Source: a virus
Taxonomy: Duplodnaviria > Caudoviricetes
DNA length: 60,042 bases
Reading direction: 5' to 3' (one strand)
IMG/VR virus record: IMGVR_UViG_3300036715_002143
Location: 1-60,042 of that record
Position 1 is the stretch's first letter. Each line of letters starts with the position of its first letter. The notes under the pieces were generated by a model. That model did not search any database and had not been told where the DNA came from. It saw nothing but the letters and a program-made list of their open reading frames with translations. Position numbers and translations under genes: made by a program. This document shows positions 18,318-26,406 of the stretch, piece after piece.

Positions 18318-18351
18318 CGTCGTCCATCGCGACCTGAAGCCCGACAACATC
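18317..18351 (+). other. Non-coding copy of Ser/Thr kinase catalytic-loop coding sequence (candidate att core)
   Basis: GTC GTC CAT CGC GAC CTG AAG CCC GAC AAC ATC = VVHRDLKPDNI, with no in-frame start after the stop at 18082. Confidence 0.7.
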
Positions 18352-18402
18352 ACGAACGAGAACGCCGCCTGCCCTCACGGGTCGGCGGCGCTTCGTCGTT
18401 TT
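18352..18402. terminator. Bidirectional intrinsic terminator between convergent operons
   Basis: CGCCGCC-t-GCCC/TCAC/GGGT-c-GGCGGCG hairpin (GUGA tetraloop on minus strand) with pyrimidine-rich tails both ways. Confidence 0.75.
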
Positions 18403-18929
18403 GTGGCGTCACTTCGTCGCGGCGTCGTAGCGGGCGAGGGCGACGGAAACGTCGCGCCACGGCATCCGGTCGTAGTGCCCGTCGGCGCGATCTCCCGCGT
18501 GCTCGTCGCAGTGCGCCCACATGACGTCCCACCACTCGCCGACCTTGTGTCGCACTCGGACCGTGATGCCGTCAGCCATCGCTGGCCCCCCTTCCCCGCC
18601 TTCGCCTGCGCGGCCGCATCCCACGCATCGAGCCGCGCGCGCTCCGCTTGCAGCAGCCGACCGACCTCCGCCGAGCTGGCGTTGCTCGCGGCGATCCACG
18701 CCTTGTGCGCCTCGGTGTCGGCCTTGGTCGCCGCGTCCCACCGAGCCATCGCGCGCTGGTACGCGTCCCATGCCTTGCTCGCGGCGTCGCTCGTCGCGTG
18801 GCTCTTGCGAAGCGCGGCCAGTTCGGCGCGAAAGAGCGCCGCGACCTTCGTCTCTCCGCGTTCGTCCGCGAACCTCGCGTGCCGCAAGAGATCGCCGATG
18901 CGCTCTGCACGCTTGTCGTCGTCCCGCAT
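18375..18929 (-). CDS. Ala-rich helical hypothetical protein
   Basis: TGATG coupling; 3' end overlaps the next small gene, so the true end is uncertain. Confidence 0.5.
   Translation of the reverse strand: MRDDDKRAERIGDLLRHARFADERGETKVAALFRAELAALRKSHATSDAASKAWDAYQRAMARWDAATKADTEAHKAWIAASNASSAEVGRLLQAERARLDAWDAAAQAKAGKGGQRWLTASRSECDTRSASGGTSCGRTATSTREIAPTGTTTGCRGATFPSPSPATTPRRSDATKRRSAADP
18409..18579 (-). CDS. Hypothetical protein (56 aa)
   Basis: Purine-rich RBS; ends just before the terminator. Confidence 0.5.
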   Translation of the reverse strand: MADGITVRVRHKVGEWWDVMWAHCDEHAGDRADGHYDRMPWRDVSVALARYDAATK

Positions 18930-19201
18930 CACCCGCCTCCCTTCGCGCCGCGCGCCCCGGTCCCGTCGCACGTCGGGCAACGTCGCCGGCCGACGATCGC
19001 GCCTTGGCCTCCGCAGTCTCCGCACGCCTCCCCCGCTCCCGCGGCCGGCGGTGGGGTGGCGATGTCGAGGTGGCGCCCGCACGCGTCGCAGAACACGCGA
19101 CCGCTGGTGGGCGTCCACTGCTGGAGCGTCAGCGCGCGCAGGCAGTGCCCGCAGCGCGCAACGCCGCTCGTCGTGTCGATTTGCAACGCGTCGTCGCTCA
19201 C
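18929..19201 (-). CDS. Zn-finger protein with DnaJ-type CxxCxGxG repeats
   Basis: CGHC, CDAC, CGDCGGQG, CPTCDGTG. Confidence 0.65.
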   Translation of the reverse strand: MSDDALQIDTTSGVARCGHCLRALTLQQWTPTSGRVFCDACGRHLDIATPPPAAGAGEACGDCGGQGAIVGRRRCPTCDGTGARGAKGGG

Positions 19202-20310
19202 TCCCCACCTCCCGCCTTCTCCGCCGAGGAGTGGCAGTCGCATTGACACGTCGGTCCGCACCGTCGCCGCCCGCGGCCGAAGCACGGACCTAGATGCATG
19301 TTGCCGTGCGGGCACGCGACCTCGTCGGCCTCGGTCCAGTCGTCTTCCCTCGCCCCTCCCGGCGCGGACGAGGCGGGGGTCGCGACCGGCGGCCACGGCT
19401 CGCCACGCGCGCGCCTCGCCTCTTGCAGCGCGTAGGTGAGATCGTTCCAGTGCCGCGATTCGACCACCTCCTCGACCTCGGCTTCGTACAACGCGAACGC
19501 CGCGTGCTCGATCGCCACGGCCCGCTCGACCGCGGCGAGGGCGGCGAGGAGGGCGCGCACTGCGTCGATCGCCGATCCATCGGCGGGCGGATGCGCGCCG
19601 GCGTCCGCGAGCGCCAGCCTGATTTCGAGCATCTCGTCATGGTCCTCGCGAAGGTCCTTCGCCCACGCTTCGACCGCCTCGATCGGCCCAGGCTCGTGCA
19701 CGTAGTCGGCCTCGTAGCAGATGCCGATCGCGTGCGCCGAGCGGAGGGCGTACTCCTTCAACGTCGAGATGTCCGCCCGCATCGCAGCCGACTCGGCGAG
19801 GGCGGCGTCGCGGGCGGCGACGGCTGCGTCAAAGCACGTGCCCAAGCTCGCCAGGCGGGCCTCCGCCGTCCACGCGCGCACGTTCTCCTTGGCCCACATG
19901 CCGGCGAGCTTTGCGTGGGCGTCTCGCTCGCGCCTCGCGCCGTCCCGCTCCGCCGTCAACGTCGCCTCGCGCGCGGCGAGGAGGGAGGCGATACCGACGG
20001 CGTCCGCCCGGAACGCCGGGTCCAGGTCGATCTCCACGTCGTCGCCGATCCATCGCTCCAACTGCTCGCGCACCCACGACGCATGGAACGGGTAGCGCGC
20101 GATCACGTGGCGTGCTGCGTCCTCACGGTGGCTGCGCGTCACCACGGCGCTTGGGGGGTGCGGGTTGGCGGGGGCGTCATCGGGCATCGGGGGACTCCTG
20201 GGCGCGATTGCGTGCGCGGTACAGGTCGAGCGCTGCGCGCCCTCCAGCATGTCGATCGCCCTGTCCAGCGCCTGCAAGTCCACCGGGCTCGCTTCGTTCG
20301 TCGTGGTCAT
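19198..20310 (-). CDS. Coiled-coil hypothetical protein
   Basis: ATGA/GTGA coupling; Ala/Glu/Arg-rich. Confidence 0.6.
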   Translation of the reverse strand: MTTTNEASPVDLQALDRAIDMLEGAQRSTCTAHAIAPRSPPMPDDAPANPHPPSAVVTRSHREDAARHVIARYPFHASWVREQLERWIGDDVEIDLDPAFRADAVGIASLLAAREATLTAERDGARRERDAHAKLAGMWAKENVRAWTAEARLASLGTCFDAAVAARDAALAESAAMRADISTLKEYALRSAHAIGICYEADYVHEPGPIEAVEAWAKDLREDHDEMLEIRLALADAGAHPPADGSAIDAVRALLAALAAVERAVAIEHAAFALYEAEVEEVVESRHWNDLTYALQEARRARGEPWPPVATPASSAPGGAREDDWTEADEVACPHGNMHLGPCFGRGRRRCGPTCQCDCHSSAEKAGGGE

Positions 20311-20546
20311 GTTGCAGCCTTTCGTTTCGCCATCGCGTTGCACGCCTTACACTCGCTCGCTCGTCCCGACGACCGCGCCGCGTTGCTCGCGAACGCACCC
20401 CGCGCGAGCCACTGCCGGCACGCGCCGCACCAGTGCTCGCCCGCAGCCTCGCGCTCGACCAGCGTCGAGACGTCGTGGCCCATGCGCCGCGCGCGGATGC
20501 GGAGCACGGCATCGGCGGCGGGGGTGTAGCCGCGGGGGCGGGGCAT
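20307..20546 (-). CDS. Small Zn-finger protein
   Basis: WCGAC...F..N....G....CKAC motif. Confidence 0.6.
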   Translation of the reverse strand: MPRPRGYTPAADAVLRIRARRMGHDVSTLVEREAAGEHWCGACRQWLARGAFASNAARSSGRASECKACNAMAKRKAAT

Positions 20547-21178
20547 CAGGCGACCTCCGCGCGGCGCACGCTGCGAGCGATGCCGAGGAGGATGTCGCGG
20601 AAGGGGAGCGGGGTGGCGAGGCGCTCGGCGCTCGAGATACGCGGCATGCGGCGACGCTCGCTGGACGCTGCCTGCCGCTCGGCGCGCGAGTGGAAGCCGG
20701 GCTCGAGACGCACGCACTCGCTCGCACACCAGCGGAGCGCCGGCAGCGAGTCGACGCCGAACGCGTAGAGCCACGTCGCTTTGCGTGCGCGGTGGCCGTA
20801 GTGGCCCTGCTTGACGCAGCACGTCCAACCGCGGAGGTCGCCGGCAGGCCTCCAGCCCCCCGCCTTCGGCGGCGCGACGAGCCCGAACGCTTGCCATGCG
20901 GCCGACGCCTCGGGATGCTCGAGCACGCCACCGAACGCGCGAACGCTCGCGAGCGCGGAGGCGAAGCACCCAGCGTCGTCGCCCTTCACGCGGCGCACCT
21001 TCACCGACGGGCCGCCGTGCCAGTACCGCCCCCAGCGCTGGCATGGAGGGTGCGCCACGACCGCATGCGGCCCGGCGTAGGCGCGTGCGTCGCGAATCTC
21101 ATCCCACGGGTCGACGAGTCCGGCGAGCTCCGGCGCGTAGTAGCAGCCGCCCGTCTCGACGTAGAGAGCAGCGATCAT
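20546..21178 (-). CDS. C5-cytosine DNA methyltransferase-like protein (short form)
   Basis: AHPPC catalytic motif, VLEHP (ENV-like), YGH...KATWL. Confidence 0.65.
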   Translation of the reverse strand: MIAALYVETGGCYYAPELAGLVDPWDEIRDARAYAGPHAVVAHPPCQRWGRYWHGGPSVKVRRVKGDDAGCFASALASVRAFGGVLEHPEASAAWQAFGLVAPPKAGGWRPAGDLRGWTCCVKQGHYGHRARKATWLYAFGVDSLPALRWCASECVRLEPGFHSRAERQAASSERRRMPRISSAERLATPLPFRDILLGIARSVRRAEVA

Positions 21179-21933
21179 CGTCCCTCCCCCGCCGCCCGGA
21201 GCCGCGTCTCTTCCGCCGGCGCCGCAGCCGCCCGCCTCGCGATCAGCTCGTCGAAGCGCCGCATGAACTCGTCGCGCGCGCGCTCGGGTGACCAGGGCTC
21301 GATGCGCACTGAGAGCGGCGCCGCTCCAGGCAGGCCGTCACGGTGCGCGCGTAGGTCGCGCTTCTCGGTCGCGAGCAGCCGCGCGTCGGCGACGTGAACG
21401 CTCGCGGGCATCGCGGGTGCCAGCCCGAAGGCCTCGGCCACCGCGAGCTCGAGGCGGCGCTCGGCCGCCCGGTAGCCCGCGAGCGCCGGTGCGCGCTTCA
21501 CCGGCTTCGGCACGTCGACGAGGTAGGCCTCCGTCGCGTCGTGCAGCAGGCCCCAGAGCGCGTCGTCGTAGTGGCAGGCGTGCGAGACGAGCACCGAGTG
21601 CTGCCCGACGCTGTAGAACCCGCGCACGTGCCCCGCGAAGCGGCAGAGGTGCGAGAGGCCCCAGGCGATGTCCTCGATGCGCACCTCGGCGGCGAGCGGC
21701 TCCAGCGGCCAGAAGCGGACGCCTGAGTGCGTGAGGATCCAGCCCTCTGGGTCGCGCCCCTCGGCGGGGTCGCGCGCGTCGTCGAGGGCCCCGCGCGCGG
21801 CGAGCTCGCCCTCGTAGGCGGTGAGCAGCTCGAGGCAGAGGTGGCCGGCGACCAAGCCCGACGGGAAGCCGGACGGGGCGGTGGCGGCGGCGCGGATGGC
21901 GTCGCGGCGCCAGGCGGGGATCGTGGGGATCAC
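21175..21933 (-). CDS. HD-domain phosphohydrolase (YfbR/YfdR-like deoxynucleotidase)
   Basis: IEDIA..LS..CRF.GH...FYSV.QHS, LLHDA.EAY..D...PVK, VH.AD...L.TE. Confidence 0.9.
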   Translation of the reverse strand: MIPTIPAWRRDAIRAAATAPSGFPSGLVAGHLCLELLTAYEGELAARGALDDARDPAEGRDPEGWILTHSGVRFWPLEPLAAEVRIEDIAWGLSHLCRFAGHVRGFYSVGQHSVLVSHACHYDDALWGLLHDATEAYLVDVPKPVKRAPALAGYRAAERRLELAVAEAFGLAPAMPASVHVADARLLATEKRDLRAHRDGLPGAAPLSVRIEPWSPERARDEFMRRFDELIARRAAAAPAEETRLRAAGEGR

Positions 21934-22364
21934 GTCCGCACCGCCGGCTTGCCGCTGCCCTTGCAGTCCGTGCACTCGCGATACGTCGTGCCGTCGACGG
22001 CACTCCAGCCGGTGACGCGCCGGCCGCCGCCCTGGCACCGGACGCACTTGCCGGTCTCCGCTTCCCACTCGCGATCGAAGGCGCGCATGCTCGCGCGGCT
22101 GAGCACGAAGATGCGGGCGGTGCCGGAGACGGGCTTGCTGTAGTTCGTGCGCCCCTTACGCGGGCCGGTCTTGAACGTCTCGGTGTAGACGCCGCCCGTG
22201 AGCAGAACCGAATCCGGCTCGATGCTCTCGAAACGCTTCGCGGTCCACCCGGGGATACCGAGCAAGCGCGACGCCTGCAGCGACATCAGGTCGACCCACT
22301 CGAAGGCGGGGGAGGCGTCGGGCTCGGCGGCGGACGTGGTGGGGAGCGACGGTTGCGCGCTCAC
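21930..22364 (-). CDS. Hypothetical protein with DnaJ-type Zn finger
   Basis: CVRCQGGG...CTDCKGSG. Confidence 0.65.
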   Translation of the reverse strand: MSAQPSLPTTSAAEPDASPAFEWVDLMSLQASRLLGIPGWTAKRFESIEPDSVLLTGGVYTETFKTGPRKGRTNYSKPVSGTARIFVLSRASMRAFDREWEAETGKCVRCQGGGRRVTGWSAVDGTTYRECTDCKGSGKPAVRT

Positions 22365-22945
22365 GACAGCCCCCGCGCCGCGCGCGCGGCCTCGCGAGCC
22401 AGCTCGACGTAGTGCTTCGCCGTCTGGCCGTCGTCGGGGCCGAGGTGTTCGCAGAGCGCGGCGAGCGCAGCGATCGTGGCGGCGGAGTCGTCGCGCGCGT
22501 CGGGCTTGCCCATCGCCTTGACCGCGGCGTCCCGCTCGCACCGCAGCGCGAGGTTCGCGCTCATCGCGGTGTCGCGCTCGCGCGTCACGGTCGCGATCGT
22601 CTCCGCGGCGCTGTTCAGGTTGTGGCGGTCGGCGCGCGCACTATCGCGAGCCTTCCGCAGCTCGGCGAGGAGCAGGTCGGAGTTCCGCACCGCGTCGCCG
22701 TCCGGCGGGACGAGGTTGAAGATCGTTACGATCTCGCCGACGAACTCGGCCACCTTGAGGGCGAGCATGGTCGAGTGCGCGCGGGTCTTGCTCATCTCGC
22801 GCACGACGGAAGCGCAGCGCTCAGCGAGCATCACGCCCGAGCGCTCGGGCATGTCGGCGAGGTTCAGCGCCTCGTGCGCCGCCTCGATCTCCTTGCGGTA
22901 CATCGCGAGCGCGCGCGGGTTGGCGTGTTTCTTGGGGGTCGTCAT
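22361..22945 (-). CDS. Coiled-coil hypothetical protein
   Basis: GAGGAG RBS; helical composition. Confidence 0.65.
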   Translation of the reverse strand: MTTPKKHANPRALAMYRKEIEAAHEALNLADMPERSGVMLAERCASVVREMSKTRAHSTMLALKVAEFVGEIVTIFNLVPPDGDAVRNSDLLLAELRKARDSARADRHNLNSAAETIATVTRERDTAMSANLALRCERDAAVKAMGKPDARDDSAATIAALAALCEHLGPDDGQTAKHYVELAREAARAARGLS

Positions 22946-22970
22946 TCTGGGCTCCTCGGGGTCGAGTCGT

Positions 22971-23053
22971 TGGCCGTCGGCGTGCGGAGTCGAACCGCCA
23001 CACGATCCCCGCTCGTTCAACACGGGGTCGCGCCCCGATCCTGGGCGCCGACG
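22971..23053 (-). ncRNA. tRNA-like element (atypical cloverleaf, encoded CCA)
   Basis: 8-bp acceptor CGTCGGCG/CGCCGACG + GCCA; T-arm GCGG-TTCGACT-CCGC; short D-like hairpin; enlarged anticodon arm. Confidence 0.7.
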
Positions 23054-23058
23054 AAGAG

Positions 23059-23076
23059 GCCGCCCTCGCGGGCGGC
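23059..23076 (-). terminator. GNRA hairpin upstream of the tRNA-like element (terminator or processing site)
   Basis: GCCGCCC-GCGA-GGGCGGC followed by CTCTTC on the minus strand. Confidence 0.5.
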
Positions 23077-23083
23077 GGAGTCG

Positions 23084-23746
23084 CTACTGCGCGGCGCGTG
23101 CGGGCCGCGTGGCGAGCCAGCGCTGGAAGTCGGCTTCCTGCTCCTCGGCCACGACGGCCTGCCGGTCGAGCAGCTCGCCGTACGTCGCCGGCACGCGACG
23201 GTCGCGAGCGAGCGCGAAGAGGACCTTGAGCGCCAACTCGGCGTCGGCGGTCGCGCGGTGCGACTCCGCTGCGCTGAGGCCGAGGCGGCCCGCGACGTCG
23301 CCGAGGCGCTTCTTCCCGCGCTCGTAGCGCTGAATGAGGCGGGCCCAGACGTACGGGTCGATCCATCGAGTCGCCGGGTCGAGGGCCGGCGGCCTCACGG
23401 AGAGGCCCGTGCGCGCCCACTCGGCCTCGACGAATCGACGGTCGAACGAGGCGTTGTACGCGGCGGGCAGCGCGCCTTCGAGCGCCGTCGCAACCTCGAC
23501 CGCCACGTCGGCGAACGAGGGCGCTCGGGCAACGTCCTGGTCGCGGATGCCGTGCACCGCGGTCGCAGCCTCCGGGATCGGCATCCCCGGGTTGAGCATC
23601 CAGTGGTGCACGGCGACGACCTTGCCGGCCTCGGCGACGACGATGGCCAGCTCGACGATTCGGCCCTCGGCTTCGTCGAGCCCCGTCGTCTCGGTGTCGA
23701 TCATCGCCAGGCGCGCGGGGGCCCAGGGGGCGGTGGGGGCGCTCAC
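23084..23746 (-). CDS. DEDDh 3'-5' exonuclease (DNA pol III epsilon-like)
   Basis: IDTETTGLD, AYNASFD, HRATADA. Confidence 0.92.
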   Translation of the reverse strand: MSAPTAPWAPARLAMIDTETTGLDEAEGRIVELAIVVAEAGKVVAVHHWMLNPGMPIPEAATAVHGIRDQDVARAPSFADVAVEVATALEGALPAAYNASFDRRFVEAEWARTGLSVRPPALDPATRWIDPYVWARLIQRYERGKKRLGDVAGRLGLSAAESHRATADAELALKVLFALARDRRVPATYGELLDRQAVVAEEQEADFQRWLATRPARAAQ

Positions 23747-24003
23747 GGGCACCTCCGATTGAGCTTCGCGAAGATGCCTTTGCCGAACACGGCCTCGACG
23801 GCCGTCTCGTAGACGTAGGCGCGCAGCTTCTCGTCGCGGAACCTCTCGGACCACTGCTGCCCGATGCCCACGCGGACGAGCTCGTGCAGCGCGCTCCAAT
23901 CCGGATTCACGAGCGGGCTCGGGGGCGTCTCGCGGTCCTCTGCCTCTCGGCGCGAGATCTCCGCGCGCAGCTCGTCGACGGTGGCAGTGCGGATTGTGCT
24001 CAC
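23743..24003 (-). CDS. Hypothetical protein
   Basis: GTGA coupling at both ends. Confidence 0.6.
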   Translation of the reverse strand: MSTIRTATVDELRAEISRREAEDRETPPSPLVNPDWSALHELVRVGIGQQWSERFRDEKLRAYVYETAVEAVFGKGIFAKLNRRCP

Positions 24004-25220
24004 TGCGCAGCCTCCGCCTTCGCCGGCATCTCCGCGCGCGGCTTGAACTCTTCGTGCTTCGTCGAGGTCTTCTTCGTCACCGCCCCCGCCGCGCGCAGGG
24101 CGTTCACGGTCCGCGTCGTGATGCCGTCGATCGTCTCGACGGGGGCGACGCGCGTCCCTTCCGGTTCGGCCTTCTGCGTGGCCTGCACCACGGCCGCCGC
24201 GCGCTTGATCGCGGCCTTGCTGGTGTCGAGCGTCACCGCCCGCTCCCATGCGGGGCCGAGCTGCACCTTGAGCGCCTCGATGGCGGCCCGCGTCGATAGA
24301 TCGATCGCCTCGCGCGAGCTCGCGTGCGGGCCCCACATGGTGCCGCCGCCGACGTCGATCGCGCCGTGCTCCTCGGTGTAGAAGCGCAGCGCTTGCCAGA
24401 CGGCATTGATCTTCGCAGTCGCCGCTCGCAACGCCGCGTAGAGCTGCGCCGCGTGCTCGGGCGACGCGATCTCGCCGGCGCTCGTGACGATTCGCAGCCG
24501 GCGGACATCCTCGGGCGCCACCTCCGCGAGCGCGTTCTCGGTCGCCGGGCACTGCCCGAAGCGGTCGCAGAACTTCCCGCGGCAGTGCGGCCCCGCGACG
24601 GGCGCCGCGCCCGGGACGGCGCGCACGATCGCCTCGATGGTCGCTCGTCCTTCCTCGAGGTCGAACGCGTCGAGCTCGGCCTCGTCGACCCAGACGTCGG
24701 AGTCGCCGATCTTGGCGATCGACACGCGGGCGGAGTTGCAGCGCGCCACGCTTGCCGCCGCGATCGCGCCCGCGAGCAGCTGCAGGTTGCCCGCGGCGCG
24801 CTCGACGTGAGCAGCAAAGCCCGCCTTCCAGTCGGCGACGTGCACCGTGCGGCCGTCGACGCGCACGGCATCGGCCGTGAGCGGGATCCACCCGTCCGGG
24901 CACGCCGAGTAGTCGCGATGCTCGCCGCTCGGGAGCTCCATCCCGCGCCCCGTCTCGGGGTCGAACGCGAACGCGACCTCTGGGCGCCAGCCCTCGTCGC
25001 TGTGCAGAGCCCACCATTCCGCGAGCCACACCGCGTGCTTCGCGCTGCGCGGCGTGTCGTCGCCCGTCCGCATCGTGTGCGCGATGAAGGCGTGCTCCTC
25101 GTTTCCAGCCTCGGCGTCCTTGCGCTCGACGCGCTCGACAGCGGGCACATCGGCGCGCGCGGAGAACCCGCAGAGCGCCGCGAGCGAGACCTTCGAGCCG
25201 CTGATCGTGTGCGCGATCAC
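24000..25220 (-). CDS. PD-(D/E)XK exonuclease (RecB/Cas4-like), recombination partner
   Basis: AD........V.DWK.G, QL motif and C-terminal G.HC...C.....CP cluster; adjacent to annealase. Confidence 0.8.
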   Translation of the reverse strand: MIAHTISGSKVSLAALCGFSARADVPAVERVERKDAEAGNEEHAFIAHTMRTGDDTPRSAKHAVWLAEWWALHSDEGWRPEVAFAFDPETGRGMELPSGEHRDYSACPDGWIPLTADAVRVDGRTVHVADWKAGFAAHVERAAGNLQLLAGAIAAASVARCNSARVSIAKIGDSDVWVDEAELDAFDLEEGRATIEAIVRAVPGAAPVAGPHCRGKFCDRFGQCPATENALAEVAPEDVRRLRIVTSAGEIASPEHAAQLYAALRAATAKINAVWQALRFYTEEHGAIDVGGGTMWGPHASSREAIDLSTRAAIEALKVQLGPAWERAVTLDTSKAAIKRAAAVVQATQKAEPEGTRVAPVETIDGITTRTVNALRAAGAVTKKTSTKHEEFKPRAEMPAKAEAAQ

Positions 25221-26197
25221 TGGATCCCCCCACCGAAGTCCGGCTCGGGGTCTTGCGTCGCCGGCTCCTCGCGCGGCGCGTTCAGCAGCGCGTCGCGTCG
25301 CGCGGTGAGGTCAGCCACGATCGCGCGGCGGTGCGGCGTCCCCTTCGGCGCGAGCTTCGCGAGCTTCGCCGTCAGCGCGTCGCACTCGTCGACCGTCTCC
25401 GCGGCCGCGATGAGCGCGCCGGCCTCGATGGCCATCGCGTCGTAGTCGGGAGCCGTGGCCGACGGGGGCGCAGCCTGCGCGGGCGCTTCGGGCTGCGTCG
25501 CGCCCCTCGTGTGCTGCGGCGCCGGGTTCGGCGGCGGCCCGACCTTCTCCTCGACGGCGGCCGCGAGCGGCGTTGCCTCGTAGGTCACGCGCTCGGCCTG
25601 CACCGTCGCGACGATGCCGGCGTCGTCCATCTCGTCAGCGGTGTAGAGCCCATTCGTGAGATCGGGGAACACGGCGCGCGCACCCTGCGACGACGCGCGA
25701 GCGCGCAGCATCGCGGCGGGGTTGCCGACCCAGTTCTTCTTGCCGGTGAGCCCCGCCGTCTTCGCTTGCTCGATCGTGTACGAGAAGCGGATCGCAGGGC
25801 GGCCGCGGCGCTTGATCGAGTAGGTCGCGATCCTGTCGGTCGACTCGATGAGGTCGAACGCTTCGCAGATGTCCGAGCGGCGCAGGCAGAGCCCGACCAT
25901 CAGCGACGCGTCGAGGCCGGGGCGGCCTTCGATGATGTAGACGCCGCGCATGGACTGCATCGGGGTGAGCCCGAGCTCCATGCCCGTCGACATGCGGATC
26001 AGCGCCTCCTCGGGGGAGCGCACACCGCATAGGCCGACCTTCGCGACGGCCACGCAGTAGTTCCAGACGTCGTCCATGTTCCGCGGCGCGATGGCCGCGC
26101 GCGGGTCGATGATCGCGAGCGCGCTCGACGACTGCGGCTGCGGGGCCGCGGCGAGGGCGGCGGGGGGCTGGGGACTCGTGACGCTCGTTCCGTTCAT
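25217..26197 (-). CDS. RecT/Red-beta-like single-strand annealing protein
   Basis: G.ELGL.PMQS...Y.I.GRP, W...P..ML..RA.....R..FPD...GLYT.DEM; GAGGAGG RBS. Confidence 0.85.
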   Translation of the reverse strand: MNGTSVTSPQPPAALAAAPQPQSSSALAIIDPRAAIAPRNMDDVWNYCVAVAKVGLCGVRSPEEALIRMSTGMELGLTPMQSMRGVYIIEGRPGLDASLMVGLCLRRSDICEAFDLIESTDRIATYSIKRRGRPAIRFSYTIEQAKTAGLTGKKNWVGNPAAMLRARASSQGARAVFPDLTNGLYTADEMDDAGIVATVQAERVTYEATPLAAAVEEKVGPPPNPAPQHTRGATQPEAPAQAAPPSATAPDYDAMAIEAGALIAAAETVDECDALTAKLAKLAPKGTPHRRAIVADLTARRDALLNAPREEPATQDPEPDFGGGIQ

Positions 26198-26220
26198 GGG
26201 GATCCTCCTCGTGTCGTCGT

Positions 26221-26406
26221 TCACGCCGCGTCGCCGCGGCTGTCGTCCTGGTCGCTCACGAGCGCGAACGCGTCGCACTCGACGATCTCGATCGCTCGGC
26301 GCGGCAGCTTCCCGCCGCACACGAAGTAGCGGCCGCCGCGCAGCATGCGGAGGCGCGTCGGCAGGAACGCGAGCGCCGGGGCGTCTCGCAGGTCGGCGGC
26401 GGTCAC
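26221..26406 (-). CDS. Hypothetical protein
   Basis: GTGA-coupled small ORF. Confidence 0.5.
   Translation of the reverse strand: MTAADLRDAPALAFLPTRLRMLRGGRYFVCGGKLPRRAIEIVECDAFALVSDQDDSRGDAA

Noticed and set aside
18319-19293. A phage-encoded Ser/Thr kinase gene
   Set aside because: The HRDLKPDN frame has no start codon, no Gly-rich loop, VAIK, DFG or APE motifs, and runs antisense to real genes.
21175-21933. DatZ of a 2-aminoadenine (Z-genome) pathway
   Set aside because: No PurZ, MazZ or phage DNA polymerase recognised; a generic HD nucleotidase is more parsimonious.
24000-25220. Cas4 / CRISPR system
   Set aside because: No repeat-spacer array or other cas genes; adjacency to the RecT-like gene indicates a recombination exonuclease.
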